From the NCBI GenBank assembly GCA_016748015.1, contig JAAOMT010000723.1, forward strand, positions 62,001-126,000: a stretch of DNA of 64,000 nt, read 5' to 3'. A model generated the notes under the pieces. That model was not told where the DNA came from, ran no database searches, and worked only from the letters and a program-made list of their open reading frames with translations. The DNA comes from Geosiphon pyriformis uo1 (lineage: Eukaryota; Fungi; Glomeromycota). Positions 1 to 13,259 of the stretch are shown piece after piece (positions within the stretch are counted from its first letter, which is position 1; every line of letters starts with the position of its first letter). The position numbers and the translations under genes are program-made.

Positions 1-3000
1 AAATAAGCATCATATTGATTGTAAATTATTGTAATTTTATGATTGAAATTATAATTAAGTATTTTACTAGTTCCATTTTTTAAACATTATTATCAAGTTT
101 TAATTTTTTAATGAACTATAAATTTAAAATACAATAAAAATATTTGATACATTTTCAAACTATTTTCAAACTTTTAATTAACAAAAACAATATTAATTAA
201 AACTAAATTAAGAATTAATTTGTAGAATGTTTGTTTAAAAATTATAATTAATTCTGTGTATTGTTAAAAATTACTTTTAATATTTACTTGAAAATAATAT
301 TTAATTTTATGAATCTTTTTAAAAATCCAATCAATTTAACTTATTAAGATGACGCAATATTAAATAATTATTGTTAAAAAAACCGCAAAATTAATTATAA
401 TAAAAACAGTTGAATAGAGAAAATTTACATATGACAAAATTTGTATGCAACAACTTTTTATTAAACAAATTTATTTTTTATAAACTATCATTATTACTTT
501 AAACTTGATATCCAATATTTTTTAAATCCCAAATTTTTCAGCTGTGATTATGTAAAATACATTTAAAAACTGCAATATATATATTTAAAAATTAAAATAT
601 GCGGAATTTAAATAAAAAAATCAATTAAAAATTTTTCAAACTCAAATTTAGTTTTTGATATAATATTAATAGTATTTAATCTTCAAAAAAAATTTATTTT
701 TATAAAATATAACTATATAAATTATTAATTTAAATTAAATCAGTGGCTTATCAATTACAACTTCTATCAAATTTCAAAAATTTACAATGTATTTTATATA
801 TGATTAATGAAGTTGTATGTTCAAAATATTATTTTATATGTTAAATTCCATTAAAATTACTTTTTATTATTTCAAAAAACGAAATATGAAATCGTTTAAA
901 TACTTGACTTTGGATTCATTTAAAACAAATTTTCTTTTAGGGTGTTTAAATAAATAAATTTCTATATTTATTTCTAATTCAAGTGACTAATTTTTATATT
1001 TCCATTTGTTTAATTTTTTTTACTAGTCAAGATTGTTAATTGAATAAAAAATAAAAATTATTTGAAATTTTGTGATTTTTTACTATTATTTATTATTATA
1101 ATATCTATTCAATAGAAAAAATTCAAAAATAAAATAATTTTTGTTTAATCTTTGAAGAATAACTTAATAATTATTGTGTTCAAACATAAGGACTATTATT
1201 TTGAATATGAGGATTTGATTCTTTGTAATATTTAATTTAATCTCAACATCCCAGTATTATATAATAAAATTTTAATATTCTATATCTTTTATAGATAAAT
1301 TTTATCTTGAATCCATATCTAATCCTTTCAGATAAATTATAATCATATAAATGATGCAATTTTGGTAATGAATTAATGTGGATACATATTTAATAAATAA
1401 AATAACAATTAAAACAATTTATAAATGTGATTTCAGAAATTAATTTTCTCTTTTGGGATTTTAACCATGTTAGAGAATTTAGAAATATCGGAATTCCATT
1501 TAATAAAGGTTTATGATGTGTTAAAATGGCGATTAAAAATTATTAAAATTTAGTCCTTAATAAACTTATTTATATTATTAAAATATAATTATTGTAATTA
1601 ATAATCAATCTTATTGATTAAAGTAATTTCTAATATAAATTTGTTGTAATTGACTACTCCTTTTTCTCTGATAAAATGCTGATTAATTTTGTTGAAGCAA
1701 AAACCCATTTAACCATTTTAACATTTTCTAAAGTATTTGGCCAGAAATTGCATGTCTATCTGTAACCTAAATTATTTATTAGCATTAAGCAAATCGTGTG
1801 AATAGTATTAAAATAAAGTTATTTAAATTCTAACAAAATTTTGAAGATTTCTTACAATCTCAATTTTTCAAATTACTATATTAGTGATGAAATTCTATCT
1901 TCGAAATCTAAAATCTATCACCAAAAAGCACTATTTATAAGCCAGCTGGAATAATTATCCCGGTTTGAATTTTTATAGAAATCAATTAAATCAAGCTTTG
2001 TTTGTTATTGTTGATGATGATGAAAGAGGAATAAATTTATAAATAATGTGAAATTTACGTTTTGAGGCGTGAGGAAAATGATGGCCATTTTAATCACAAG
2101 TTTTGGAAGTTTGCCAGACCCACATTGTTGTGTCCAAGATGAAAGAATGTTGTGTAGAGGTAAAGTAACTTTCAGTTTTAGGTAAAAACTCTTATTAAAT
2201 ATCTGATTATTTGCAAAATAAATAACTGAATATATAGATGTTTAAAACATATCCTTTTTTTTTTAATAAATATTCATGAATGAAACTTGCAAAAAATATT
2301 TTACTTATACAAAACAATGATATTAATACCTTTTAAGGTCATATTAAATCATATTTTTTACTAGGTATTGTCTTTTTATTGATTGAAAAGACCATATGAT
2401 TAGTGAAGTCAACGTGTTTAGAATGTAAATATTTGAAGCTTTGAGATATTAACCTTGATTCATTTACAATTACAAATCTATCAATATACTATAATATCGA
2501 TATGGGAAACAAGGACTTCTTTAAAATTAATAATTAAATTAGATAAAAGGATTTGAGATCGGTTCCAATCCATGTATATATAAATGTATTTGGATTTCCC
2601 TGATCTCTAATTATCAATAAATATTCTGAGTTCGTTATTAACAGTTTGATTTTAATTCATCAGAACAATATTTTTGATGATAATAAGGTTTAAATTTTTC
2701 ATTCGAAAAAGATTTTTTTTATAAGCTTTTACATTTATTAATGTTCATTGCAAAACATAAAGCTATTTCTTAAATGTCAAAATTCCAAACTTTTCAATAT
2801 CAATCTAGATGTCCATAATATTTAGTTTCTTAAGGCTTTCTCTTTGGTGAAAGCTTTACCAGTAATCATTCTTAATATGTATAGTTTATCAACTTTTGAT
2901 GAGAAACTTGATTTCTTAGTTGAAATAAATTTTCTTACAAAATTTCAAATACTAATCTTTTTCAAAGAAACTATCATTATTACATATTATAAATATTTTT

Positions 3001-5927
3001 TTATTTTTTATTTAATCTTTTCAGGATCTAGTAATTTGAAAAACAACATTATTTTATATGATATTTTAAAAAGTTTATAAATTTTTTTTCAACCGAGTGA
3101 TTACATATTTCAAACAATTGATAAATAATAAGTTTAAGAGAAAATAAAAATTGACTTTGAGATAATTTTAAAGCTTCAAACAATACTATAATTGGCTTTT
3201 CAGATCCAAAAATTTCTTCTCGGGCAAAAATAAGTTGATAATTTAATAATAATTACCTCCTTTGGAGTGATAAATATTATTTTAATGTTTCTAGTTTTAT
3301 AAAAATTACACTTTGCCCAAGATTTCAAATACCAAATTGGGGCTGGAGATGATGAGTGTTTTTTTGCAAAAAACTTTAGAATTTTAAAATAATTTACTAA
3401 AAAAAATTTTCAAGTTTATGCGTAATTACTTGTGCTCAGTTTGAAAACTTGACTTAAACTCTAAAAGTATTTGGGCATTAATAACTACATTTTGTCAAAC
3501 TCGCGTTAATAATAAAGAATTTGCAAACCTTATAAATTGTCAAGCAATTACTTATTATGTTAACAATTAACATGATGACATCTCTTGTAAACTAAAAGAT
3601 GATTCCATTGGAGATTTGATTTAGCAGTTCCTAAAAAAAAAGATGAAGTAATTATTGGTGAAAAGGAAATAGACTCTAAATTAAAATTTTGTAAAATTAA
3701 AAAATTTACTTAAATTAATCTAAATATTTGTGCAATACAGAAATGAAAAAAAACTCAAAAAAAAATTCAATGATAATTGGATTGTATTGCTCAATTAATT
3801 AAATATTATAAAAAAAACAGAACTTAAGTTTTTTTGTTATAAGAATTTTTTTTAAGAAAATAGGTTTAATTTACGAATTTCTTTTTTAAAGTGCAGAAAA
3901 TGTAAACAAAATTAAAATTAAATGTATATAAAATTTATTCAATTTTAAAATTAAATTATTAATAATTAACAATAAATAAAATAAGAATTAATAATAAAAT
4001 AAAATATAAATAAAATATATTTGTAACTTCATTGATTAAAAAACAACTTTTAATTATTTTTTAAATTTAATTTTTGTTCATAATTATGTCTGATTAAAGT
4101 GGCTATAATAATAATTAACTTGCTTTGTTTTTAAGCCATTATTTATTAGATTATTAGTAAAAAAAATGTTATTTTTTAACCATTAAAGCTTGGTAATTGA
4201 TTATTATAGTTATTTTGAATTGTGTTTTATATAAATGATAATAAAATTTAGTAATGTTATAATAGTAATTGAAAGTTTTTGTTATAAATATTCTAATTAA
4301 TCTTTTATCACCAGAAGTATAACGTCACATTTTGATTAATGTAACCTGATTCAAGTACTTTTAATATGGCCAAATATCTAAAAAGAAAAACTAATGAATT
4401 ATATTTTCTTAAGAGTTTCCTAATTTAAAAAATGCAATATAATTGTTTGAACATTAATAACAATAAAAACAGAATTAAACGTGAATAAATACCAAATTAA
4501 GAATTTATCTCACTAAAATTTAGTAAATGAAATTATTTAGTTTTTATAAAAGTTTTTTTTCATAAATATAGTTATTATTATTCATTTTTCTTTTAAACTA
4601 AACTATTGTAAATTTTTTGGGGAAAAAACCTATTTTTTTGGAAATTTTTTTAAAAAACTGTTGTATAGTTTTAATGTAATTTTTTCAGAATAAAGAATCG
4701 AACTTGATGAAATAATTTATTTATTTATTTATGTCTTACTTTTAATATATTATACAGGCTTTTTATTCTGAAAAATTAAATTCTAGTATTAAATATTTAT
4801 CATTAAAATGCATATTAGAAATTAATATTTAAAATTTTTAAAATTTTTAACTATAACAATTCAAGCAAAGAGTTGCAGCTTTTAATAATAAAAAATAATA
4901 TATTTTTATAATTCATTAATCTCATTGATTTTATTTAAATAGATACTGAGTATGAAATTTTATTTATTAATACTTCTTTCCTTCTTTCTAGTAGTTAGAT
5001 TTAATTGGGGTTAAACCACAAAAATAATTGATTCATATATTTTTTTTAATCAGTGTTATCTTTTTAGCGAACCTTTTACTTTTCAAATCTGCCTTCTTTT
5101 ACTCTCCTGTCTGTTGCTAATATCAACATTTTTAATCGCTTCAATATTGAAGATGTAAATATTTAATTTTCTAGAATAGCAATTTTATTATTTTTAATGA
5201 GGAAATTTCAAAATTCCTAATACAGATTTAATGAAATTTTTTTTGAAGTTTCCTTCTTGATCAAATCAAATAGCTTATATTATTATTTTTATTATTATTA
5301 TTATTATTATTTATTATTATTATTATTAACTACTTTATTTATTATTAATTACTTATCCTTATGATAATATTTCTATGATTAGCCTCGCTATTAGCGCAAT
5401 AATTTTGCTCAATTTTATATAAAAGAATATTTTTTTGTGAACAGATAAAATCAAATTACATTAAAATAATTAAAATTTGTTCAATAAGTATTGAAATTAT
5501 GACTCTGAAAATATTTTCATTACTAAAATTTAAATTTATTTAAAAAAATATTTATATATAAATATTATACCAATAATTGATTAAATTCTTTTAAATTTTT
5601 AATATATTAATTTTATTATAACTTTTAGAATAATATTAAATTTTAAAATTGTATATTTGTTTTTAATCTAGTTTTTTAAAATAATATTATTAATAATTTG
5701 TAATTAAAAAAAGTTTAAAATATTTTTATATGATATAACCAGTAAATTAATAATAAATTTTTAAAAAATTAATTCAAAAAATTCATATTTTTAAACAATT
5801 ATTCGCTTCACTTTTTAATTATGAATTTATCTTGACAAAATGAAATAACAATAAAAAAAGTTTATTGTTATTTAAAAAATTAAAATTTTTACATCATAAG
5901 TAATGATTTTTGTTCAAATAATTGTTT

Positions 5928-7830
5928 TCAGGCCTCAGATCTATTTTCTTGATACATAAATGGCATCATTGATTGTAATAGTAATTTAATTTCTCCCTAT
6001 ATGGCCAGATTCACAGCATCATGCCATGCACATAAAATTTGCTTTAATACGTCAATATTATCATCATTCCATTTATCCAACCCTAATGCAGATAAACAAT
6101 ATTGTTCCCCATATGCTTCAAGTCGTTTCCCCTTTTTCGATCTTTTATTTGAGCTTGGCAAGCTGTTGATATGAAGCAATCGCAATTTTAGTATTGGAGA
6201 ACCCAGTTGAAGATATAGAGATATGTACGGATTGGGCTTTTTCCCTGCTATTTTAACTTTGAAGACGGACTCCTCCGGGAGTCTACTTGTGGCAGATGCA
6301 AGCCAATTAACATCGTAAAACTGATCCCAATTCTTGATTTGAATTAGAAAGTAAGACATAGATTCAAGTGATATAGGACTAGATTCATCCCAATCCAACA
6401 AAACTGGAAGTATCAAGTCAACTCCTGCTTGGTAACGTTTACATATCACAGTTGGGAAGCGAATGAATAAAGTCCTCAATTCTGTCTGGTTTGGGATGTA
6501 AGTAAGCAGAATGAAGTGTGTAAATGTAGATAAACCATCAACCAACTTGTGAGGGAGGTCTTTAATGTTATTGTCATAGTTCTCCCGTCAGAAAAGAGAT
6601 ATCGAAAAATCCTTCGCTCTAATTGAGTGTGAAACGAACTCTCTCAAATACCCTAAGCTTTTGAAGTGTGATAACGTTGATGATGATATTTCTCTCTTTC
6701 ATTAGTGTGGTCCCAAGGAAATCATTAAAAGCAGACGGGCGACCAACTCTCCACGATAGCCAGGTTTTACTTATCCTTTGTGTAATTTAACCAGTAGAAA
6801 GCTGAGTAACATTTTGAACACTTTTTCGTCTCGCACAAGCGATCCTGCAGCCTCAGCAAGTATTGGTTCAGACGAATAGAATCCCAATAGTCGATACCGA
6901 TCCTCTGAAACGTGAACGCATATACTCATGAATCCGGAAACTAGTTGCGAAGCAATGCGAGACTACAACTGTGACATCAAGTGAGATGCGAGAAGACAAA
7001 ACAGCAAGGGCAGAAGCGAAATTTGGGTTTTCGAGCCAATTATCCACGGTTATACCTCCTCCTAAGAGTTTTTGTTCTGCTAGTTGCAAAAGGTCTTTGA
7101 TATAGGCACCACTGTTCAAAGCCGCACCCCACAAAGGTCGTCCTAGTGAGAACAATTCTTGTAACCTTTATAGCAATAAAATAAAATGGCGGGAAAAATT
7201 TATTCTGAAGTAAATATAATCGAGCCGAGGAATTAAAAGTTGCTGAATGGCACAAAGTCAGAAAGGCTCGAAATGGTGTCAGCGAATATAGCAAAAACTC
7301 CGGAAGGAAGAAAATGTAGAGCTCGGTGAGTGTGGATAAACGGTGTATTTTCTTCCGAAGGTAATCTCCGTAGCAAAGACCGTGATTCATCAAACGCGAA
7401 TACAAGTTTTGCCTTTGTTTCGGTGGTCTTGGATAAATGGGGCCAAACCTTTTCCCAAAGTTCTGCAATTTTTCCTTTGCAAATTCTCCCATCCCTTGCT
7501 TCGCCTGATTTAACTCATTCGAGCTTTTTCCCAGGATTCCACTAAGCATAAACCTTTGTTTGTAATATCCCGTTCGAAATTGCCACATCGCTGTTGACTA
7601 TTTCAATCTTTAATGCTTTTTCCGTCAAGAAATTCTATGCAGCTATAGAAAAATCCTACTATCTTAACCATTGCATTTCCACCCTTCTCAAGAAAGAAAT
7701 TGAGAATAACTTCTGTTGCGGGTGGAATTCTCGAGCTAAAATGGTTACGAAATCATAAGGATAAAACAAAGGGATTTTGAGCAAGCTGATGAAGAAGTCT
7801 AGACTTCCCAGTTTCTGTTCATGCAGATTA
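5928..7830 (-). pseudogene. Crinkler(CRN)-type P-loop NTPase + PD-(D/E)xK restriction-endonuclease-fold protein, frameshifted
   Basis: Manual translation across frames gives, in order: degenerate Walker A ETGKSRLL (~7815-7792), Walker B LVFAFDESRSL (~7410-7380), FAIFADTISSLSDF, FPPFY, LFSLGRPLW, YSSEPILAEAA, GYRGELVARLLL, and the nuclease core GVDLILPV...FLIQIKN (ORF 5997-6545). There are several frameshifts and stops. The TAG at 5997 looks premature (the frame continues MMPFMYQ to TGA at 5928). Confidence 0.8.
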
Positions 7831-8545
7831 AAAAATGAACAACCTATTTCTCAACCGATCAATAGGAGGCGAGATTCATTCTTCGTACGAAAGAACATAT
7901 TTGCCTAAAAATATAGACACGAAGCAAGAACCTCTTTTTGTTTGAATAACTTTTTTTAATTCTATATTATTTGATTGAAATCTCCATTATTAGCTCACAA
8001 ATTTTTAAATCGAATCTTATTGTACAACCTCTTTAACCAAATTCTAAAGAATAACAAGAATTATCTTCTCTTTAACCGTTTTTTTTATCAAATTAGATGA
8101 CTTTAAAGGATTCCCTTTATAAAAATCTGAATCATTATTTACAGCAATCTTTGAGGCCATCAATAAAATACGTCATACTAAATCAATGCCCAATTTTCCT
8201 TTCAATTCTAGAACCACGTCAAGAGCGGTAGAAACAGTGACAAGCAGCTTATTTAAAAGAGTAAAAGATGAACTGGAAAAGAAGGTTTGACAAAATTAAA
8301 TCATATAACCAGCTTTTATTAGTAGATAAATTTTTCTAGATTTGAAGAATCTTTTTTTATTCAAGAAATTGTGGTGATTACCATACGATTGCTCACTGAA
8401 AAGCTGAATACGAAAAAAAAGAGAAATTCCGATATCTCACCATTGATGATTTGTACACAGCCAAGATTAAATAAATAATATAAATTATTATATGCAGTTT
8501 TTATTTTCGCTATTTTTTGAATATTTTTTAAATTTTTACCCGGTT

Positions 8546-9170
8546 CAGGGTATTGTGACCGATTTGGAAACAATATTTAAAAACGAGTTTCTCCTTAATT
8601 AAATGTTAGAAACTCCTAAAAAAAAACACATTACATATTGCCAAACTAATACTAACGAACTATATTTTAACCTTTCTACTTCTATCACCTTTTTGGGATT
8701 GAATTGATTAATCTTTAAAAAAAATCGATTACAACTTTTCCCCACAGCTCATTTCTATTGGAAAATGAACCGGGGAGTCTTCGCAATACACATATCTATT
8801 TCATTCCATAAATTTTCAATCGAAAAATGCAATCGTATTTTCGGTTTTTTGAGGGTGTTTCGGATTATTATCTTACTGGAAAAAAATTATCTTTATACAG
8901 CATTATTTCTAAAGCCAAATTTAAGATATTTTTATTCAATATATTGACGTAATCATCTGCATTCATTTTTCTATCAATTTTTTGGAGCTCACAAACTCCA
9001 TCTGTGATCATACAACCCCAAACTATAATTGAGCAACCACCAAACTTTACAGTTGTTGTAAGATGACGATCTTGGTTTCTTTTTTATTTTGCAGATGTTT
9101 AGAACCGAAGTCAGGGCTACCCGCTCTGATGCAGCAATTTAGTATCCTTCTTCTCGCAATGTATACATTC
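8546..9170 (-). mobile_element. Tc1/mariner DNA transposon remnant (DD34E transposase fragments)
   Basis: Minus-strand translation gives KIKKKP, TTVKFGGCSIIVWGCMITDGVCELQKIDRKMNADDY (~9060-8950), FFQ*DNNPKH (~8885-8855), IENLWNEI (~8820-8797) and NELWEKL. A candidate TIR CAGGGTATTGTGACCGATTTGGAAACA lies at 8546-8572. Internal deletions and stops are present. Confidence 0.85.
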
Positions 9171-10251
9171 GGGAGCGTTTTTCTTGTGAAATCTGAAGCA
9201 TTGAAATAAATTCTTGAAAAAAAAAAAAAAATTTTTATTTATAGTTAAAGCATCTTTAGCTTTTTTTGTTCGTTGACTGATCTAGTCATAATTAGCTGGA
9301 CACGATAAATATTGGATTTTTAAATTCAAAAAATAAAAGCTACATTTACTCTTGGCTATGTACAATTCTTCAATGACGAGATATTCGAAATTTTCCATTT
9401 TTTTTTCGTGTCAGTGAACAACTGTACATTATGGCTTATCAGAAAGCACAGAAAAAGTTCGACTAGGACGCTCACCAACTTTTCTGTCTTTGATTTACTT
9501 CCATACATCCATTCGCTAATTAAAAAAGTTCTTCTTTGAGCTCCTGGTCTTGTCTCGTATTTTTTGTTCGAATATACAACAGATCCTCTCTTATTGGGCT
9601 CGAAATCTTAATCTAAAAGGATTTGTATATTCAAAAGAAAGCCCCTGCCAGAAATATAAGACCATTGACTTACGGTCTAATTTTTCAATCTCTTTCAAAC
9701 AACATTAATGATTACAAAAAAATAAAATAAAACAAAAATGTCATTTTACTTAAAATAGCTCCAACATCATATTAATAATTTTCATGTAAAATTTAGTATA
9801 ATAAAATTCAATTCAAAAAACAATAAAATATTTGAATCGTATAATGGTATTTTGTCATTTCCCGATTCTTTTTTTTGATGATCTGCATGCGACAAATATT
9901 ATAATAAGAAAAATCACAAAATTTTAATTACACAACGGAAAATATTCATATTTAACTTAATTAAAAATTTTTGACTGGTTTTTAAATATTTTTTTGCAAA
10001 ATTAATTTCCATTCAACTATTATCTTACTGGTTATTTTGGTTTGACATTTAGTCAATTTTACATAATAATAAGCCACCACCTTATGCTGAGAAGTATATG
10101 TCATTTCACTCCACTTGAGTTTTTAAAAAAATTCCACTTCAGAAATTTTTTCTTAAAGTTACAAGCGTAAATATTTTTAATCTCAAAAAAAAAAAAAATT
10201 CCTCAAAAAAATAAAGATTTTCAACCTATTCACTTATAACAAAGTCCAAAA

Positions 10252-11342
10252 TCAAAGGCTGGATCTTCTCCGCCTATGTATCCGTCCTCGTTCACTTTTC
10301 TCTTCATCAATCCATCGCTCAATAGCGACCAATAAAGGTGGTCGAATAGGTATAGCACGTCGATTCAAATAGTTTGAAATGACTTTATGCAAATTGATCC
10401 CAATATCCTCAGTAGCCAAATCTACCACCTCCCTGGATAATTGTAATTGACTAAATGGCATAATTTTAGCACGACGACGAAAGTACCGAATGAAATCATC
10501 GTTTAGAGCGATTCGACGTTCTTTGGTCCATTCACGTTTTGAGGAAGAAGAGGCGGAAACAGAAAAGGGGGAAGATAAGTCGCTTTGGGAATCGGGTGAG
10601 TTGTGAGATGAGTTCTCTGAGGATGAAGATGCTGATGAAGATCGTGTCCATGATGAATCTGGTGATGTACTTTTTCTATTGCTGCTACTATCTATCCCTG
10701 ATTTTTGTGGAGAATCATAATCATTATGCTCATTGCTATTATCTTGATCTTCATCATCTTCCCGAGCGCTCAAAATAATTGATTCTTCATCTTCTTGATC
10801 ACTTTCAGTTTGGTTTGAATTGAATTCGGAATCATAAGAAGAATTTTCTTGATCTTCCGATTCACTGTTTTTTATTTCCGATGAAGAGAGGCTGTGTGAC
10901 TCTAAGGCTGGAATACTGGATAACGCCCTGGCAAATCGTTCAAACCCATTTGCAATTTCAGCTGCTGAATCTGCCACCTTTTGAAAAGTTAAATCAAAAT
11001 TAAAAGTTAAGAATTTTTGTATATTAAGAAAAGAATTCATGAAATATCTCTAAAATCTGGAAAGGCTATTTTAATAAAAGAAAAATTTCTCACAGCTTGA
11101 TAATCCAATTCAGAATTGCTCAACTGTTTTAACCATTCTTGTAAAGTCATTTGAGAATCCATTTTCATTATTTTATCTTTATTATCTTCGGTAGTCCCTT
11201 TCTCATCAAAAAAATTTGTCGTAAATCCAGACGACGATGAGAACTGCGGATCATCTAGTCCATTCGAAAGCATTCCATTTTTCTTGGGCTCATTATCCAA
11301 ATATTCAAAAGTATTATTCTCTTTTATTCGTTTTTGAGACAT
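10252..11342 (-). CDS. Hypothetical 324-aa protein, acidic/Ser-rich middle, C-terminal putative Cro/C1-like HTH domain; 2 exons (11342-11094, 10977-10252)
   Basis: ORFs 11037-11342 and 10252-11040 join in frame through a 116-nt GTGAG...AAG intron (11093-10978): DYQA|VADS. The C-terminus reads SQLQLSREV...VISNYLN...P...AIERWI. Confidence 0.75.
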
Positions 11343-12254
11343 GAAAAAGTTTTTTTTATTTTTGGATGGCAGAAAGTATGTTGATTATTATTTCACTAAT
11401 GATGTTACAAGAATTTTGAGCAAAATGGGTACTCAATATTGGGCGTTATTGGAATGTCACCTGCTCCTGTTCCACAAAAAATAGTTTCAGGTCAAATATG
11501 GTTAACTGTGTGACCTGGAATGGGCTTTAAACATTTAATTTTGTGTGACGGAATCAAAGAATATACAATCTGGGGGAGTTGGGCGGTTTAGCAACTTCAA
11601 AAATATTTAGTAAAATGGATGATCCAATCTTAAACCGCCTATTTAGGTCAATAATTATATCTGTCATATATATTACATAATTATGATAGAAAAAAAATTT
11701 AGTTTCACGGATAAAAAAAATTGGAATTTTTGAAATTTATATTCTCCAATTGATTTTTTCATTTAACCTGCGAAAAAACTCATTTAGAATTATAGATTAA
11801 TCAGTAAGAAATTAAAGTCATCAATTTCAAATTATTTATTGGATCCAAAATTTTTCACTAAAAATGACCAAAGAATTAGAACAGTCTTGGTCTTTAAAGA
11901 GCTACTATACTTTGCTTGAAGTTTTTTTTTACGATCATAGATTTTTAGGGAGGTTTACATCTTATAAAAATATCGGCAACTCTTTGAATAACTTAAAGGA
12001 GTGAACAATTTTTAGGAGTCTGGAGGGATAGATTACAAAAATTTTTTTTATAATTAATCTTTAAAATAATGACAGTTGATTGATAATGATTATATATTTT
12101 ATTTAAAATATCATCAAAGCCTGACAAATTGTTTTATAAATGAGAAGCCCAAAAAATTAATTTAACCCTTCTAAAATATCTATTTCCTCATTTAGATACG
12201 CTATATCATTCAAATTCAAAACACTACTCGTTTACATTGATTTTAGCTTTGGGA

Positions 12255-13259
12255 TTAGAAATTCATATTGTTACTTGCACATACAATTCCCAAAACAACC
12301 AAACCTAAAACGCCGCCCCAACTACCGCTCCTTTTTGCGCTACCTGATGGAACTCCGCTAGAACTATGTGTTGATGAAGTTGATGATATTGATGTCGAGT
12401 TTTCTGATTCGGACCGTGTTTTCGTCGGTGACGTATTCGAATCAGTAGTCGTATTTGTTGTCACAGATGAGGTCGGTGATGAAGAGGAGAGTGTTTCATT
12501 ACTAGTCGCAGTGTCAGTTGGATTTTCCTGGCTTCTACTATTGTCATAAGTTAAAGTTGATTTTGGTACTTGTTTTGAAGGTTTAGAAGTGATGTGACTT
12601 TTGGAAACGAACGAATCAGAAGAAATTTCGGGAATCGACTCGGAGGTATCATCCTTTTCATTTGAAGTTATCTGATCAACATTATCATCAATAGAAACTG
12701 AAGGTTGGTGCTTCTGTGGTGATTGAGGTTTTTTAGATGATTTTTTAGGGATCACATGATTTTCAGATGGTTCTGATTGAATTGGTAGATTTTTCAAAGG
12801 TAACTCGTTATCTAGATCTTGAACATCGGGAACACTTACTTCCCCATGGTTTGGTTGTTCATTTGAAAGTCCTGAGGTTTTGGGAGGTTCTTTTGAGACT
12901 TGGGATGACTTTGGTGGAAGTGATGGTTGACCCGAGTTATTTTCATTTTCCAAAGATTTTTGATCGTTTGATTTTGGAGGAATTTTTTTTTGAATTGATC
13001 GATTAGGTACAGAAGCCGGCTCATTGTCGACTGAATTTCGAGACTCATTTTCTTTTGGAATACTAACAGATGATTGTTGTGGTTCTTCATTTGATCCATT
13101 TGATAAAGATGGCATCTTGATAATAGGGTTCGAAGGTGATTTCGGATTTGGTGACAACGCTTGTGGAGATTGATTACCCAAATCTCCACTACCGGATATG
13201 AGGGTTAAAAGTGGTAAATAGAAAAAAACGACAAGTATGGTGAATTTAAGCGGTGCCAT
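12255..13259 (-). CDS. Secreted Ser/Pro/Thr-rich, probably GPI-anchored cell-surface protein (334 aa)
   Basis: Hydrophobic N-terminal signal (KFTILVVFFYLPLLTLISG), low-complexity S/P/T/E body, small-residue omega region followed by a hydrophobic tail (WGGVLGLVVLGIVCA). Confidence 0.8.
   Translation of the reverse strand: MAPLKFTILVVFFYLPLLTLISGSGDLGNQSPQALSPNPKSPSNPIIKMPSLSNGSNEEPQQSSVSIPKENESRNSVDNEPASVPNRSIQKKIPPKSNDQKSLENENNSGQPSLPPKSSQVSKEPPKTSGLSNEQPNHGEVSVPDVQDLDNELPLKNLPIQSEPSENHVIPKKSSKKPQSPQKHQPSVSIDDNVDQITSNEKDDTSESIPEISSDSFVSKSHITSKPSKQVPKSTLTYDNSRSQENPTDTATSNETLSSSSPTSSVTTNTTTDSNTSPTKTRSESENSTSISSTSSTHSSSGVPSGSAKRSGSWGGVLGLVVLGIVCASNNMNF

Noticed and set aside
1680-3100. Possible F-box/LRR-type pseudogene
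   Set aside because: Slightly coding-like composition, but no motif I could support.
7040-7588. 182-aa ORF as an independent gene
   Set aside because: It is a mosaic of frames of the CRN pseudogene; the Walker B motif lies in another frame.
12268-13189. Overlapping ORFs 12268-12549, 12767-13006 and 12836-13189
   Set aside because: Antisense or alternate-frame shadows of the secreted protein 12255-13259.
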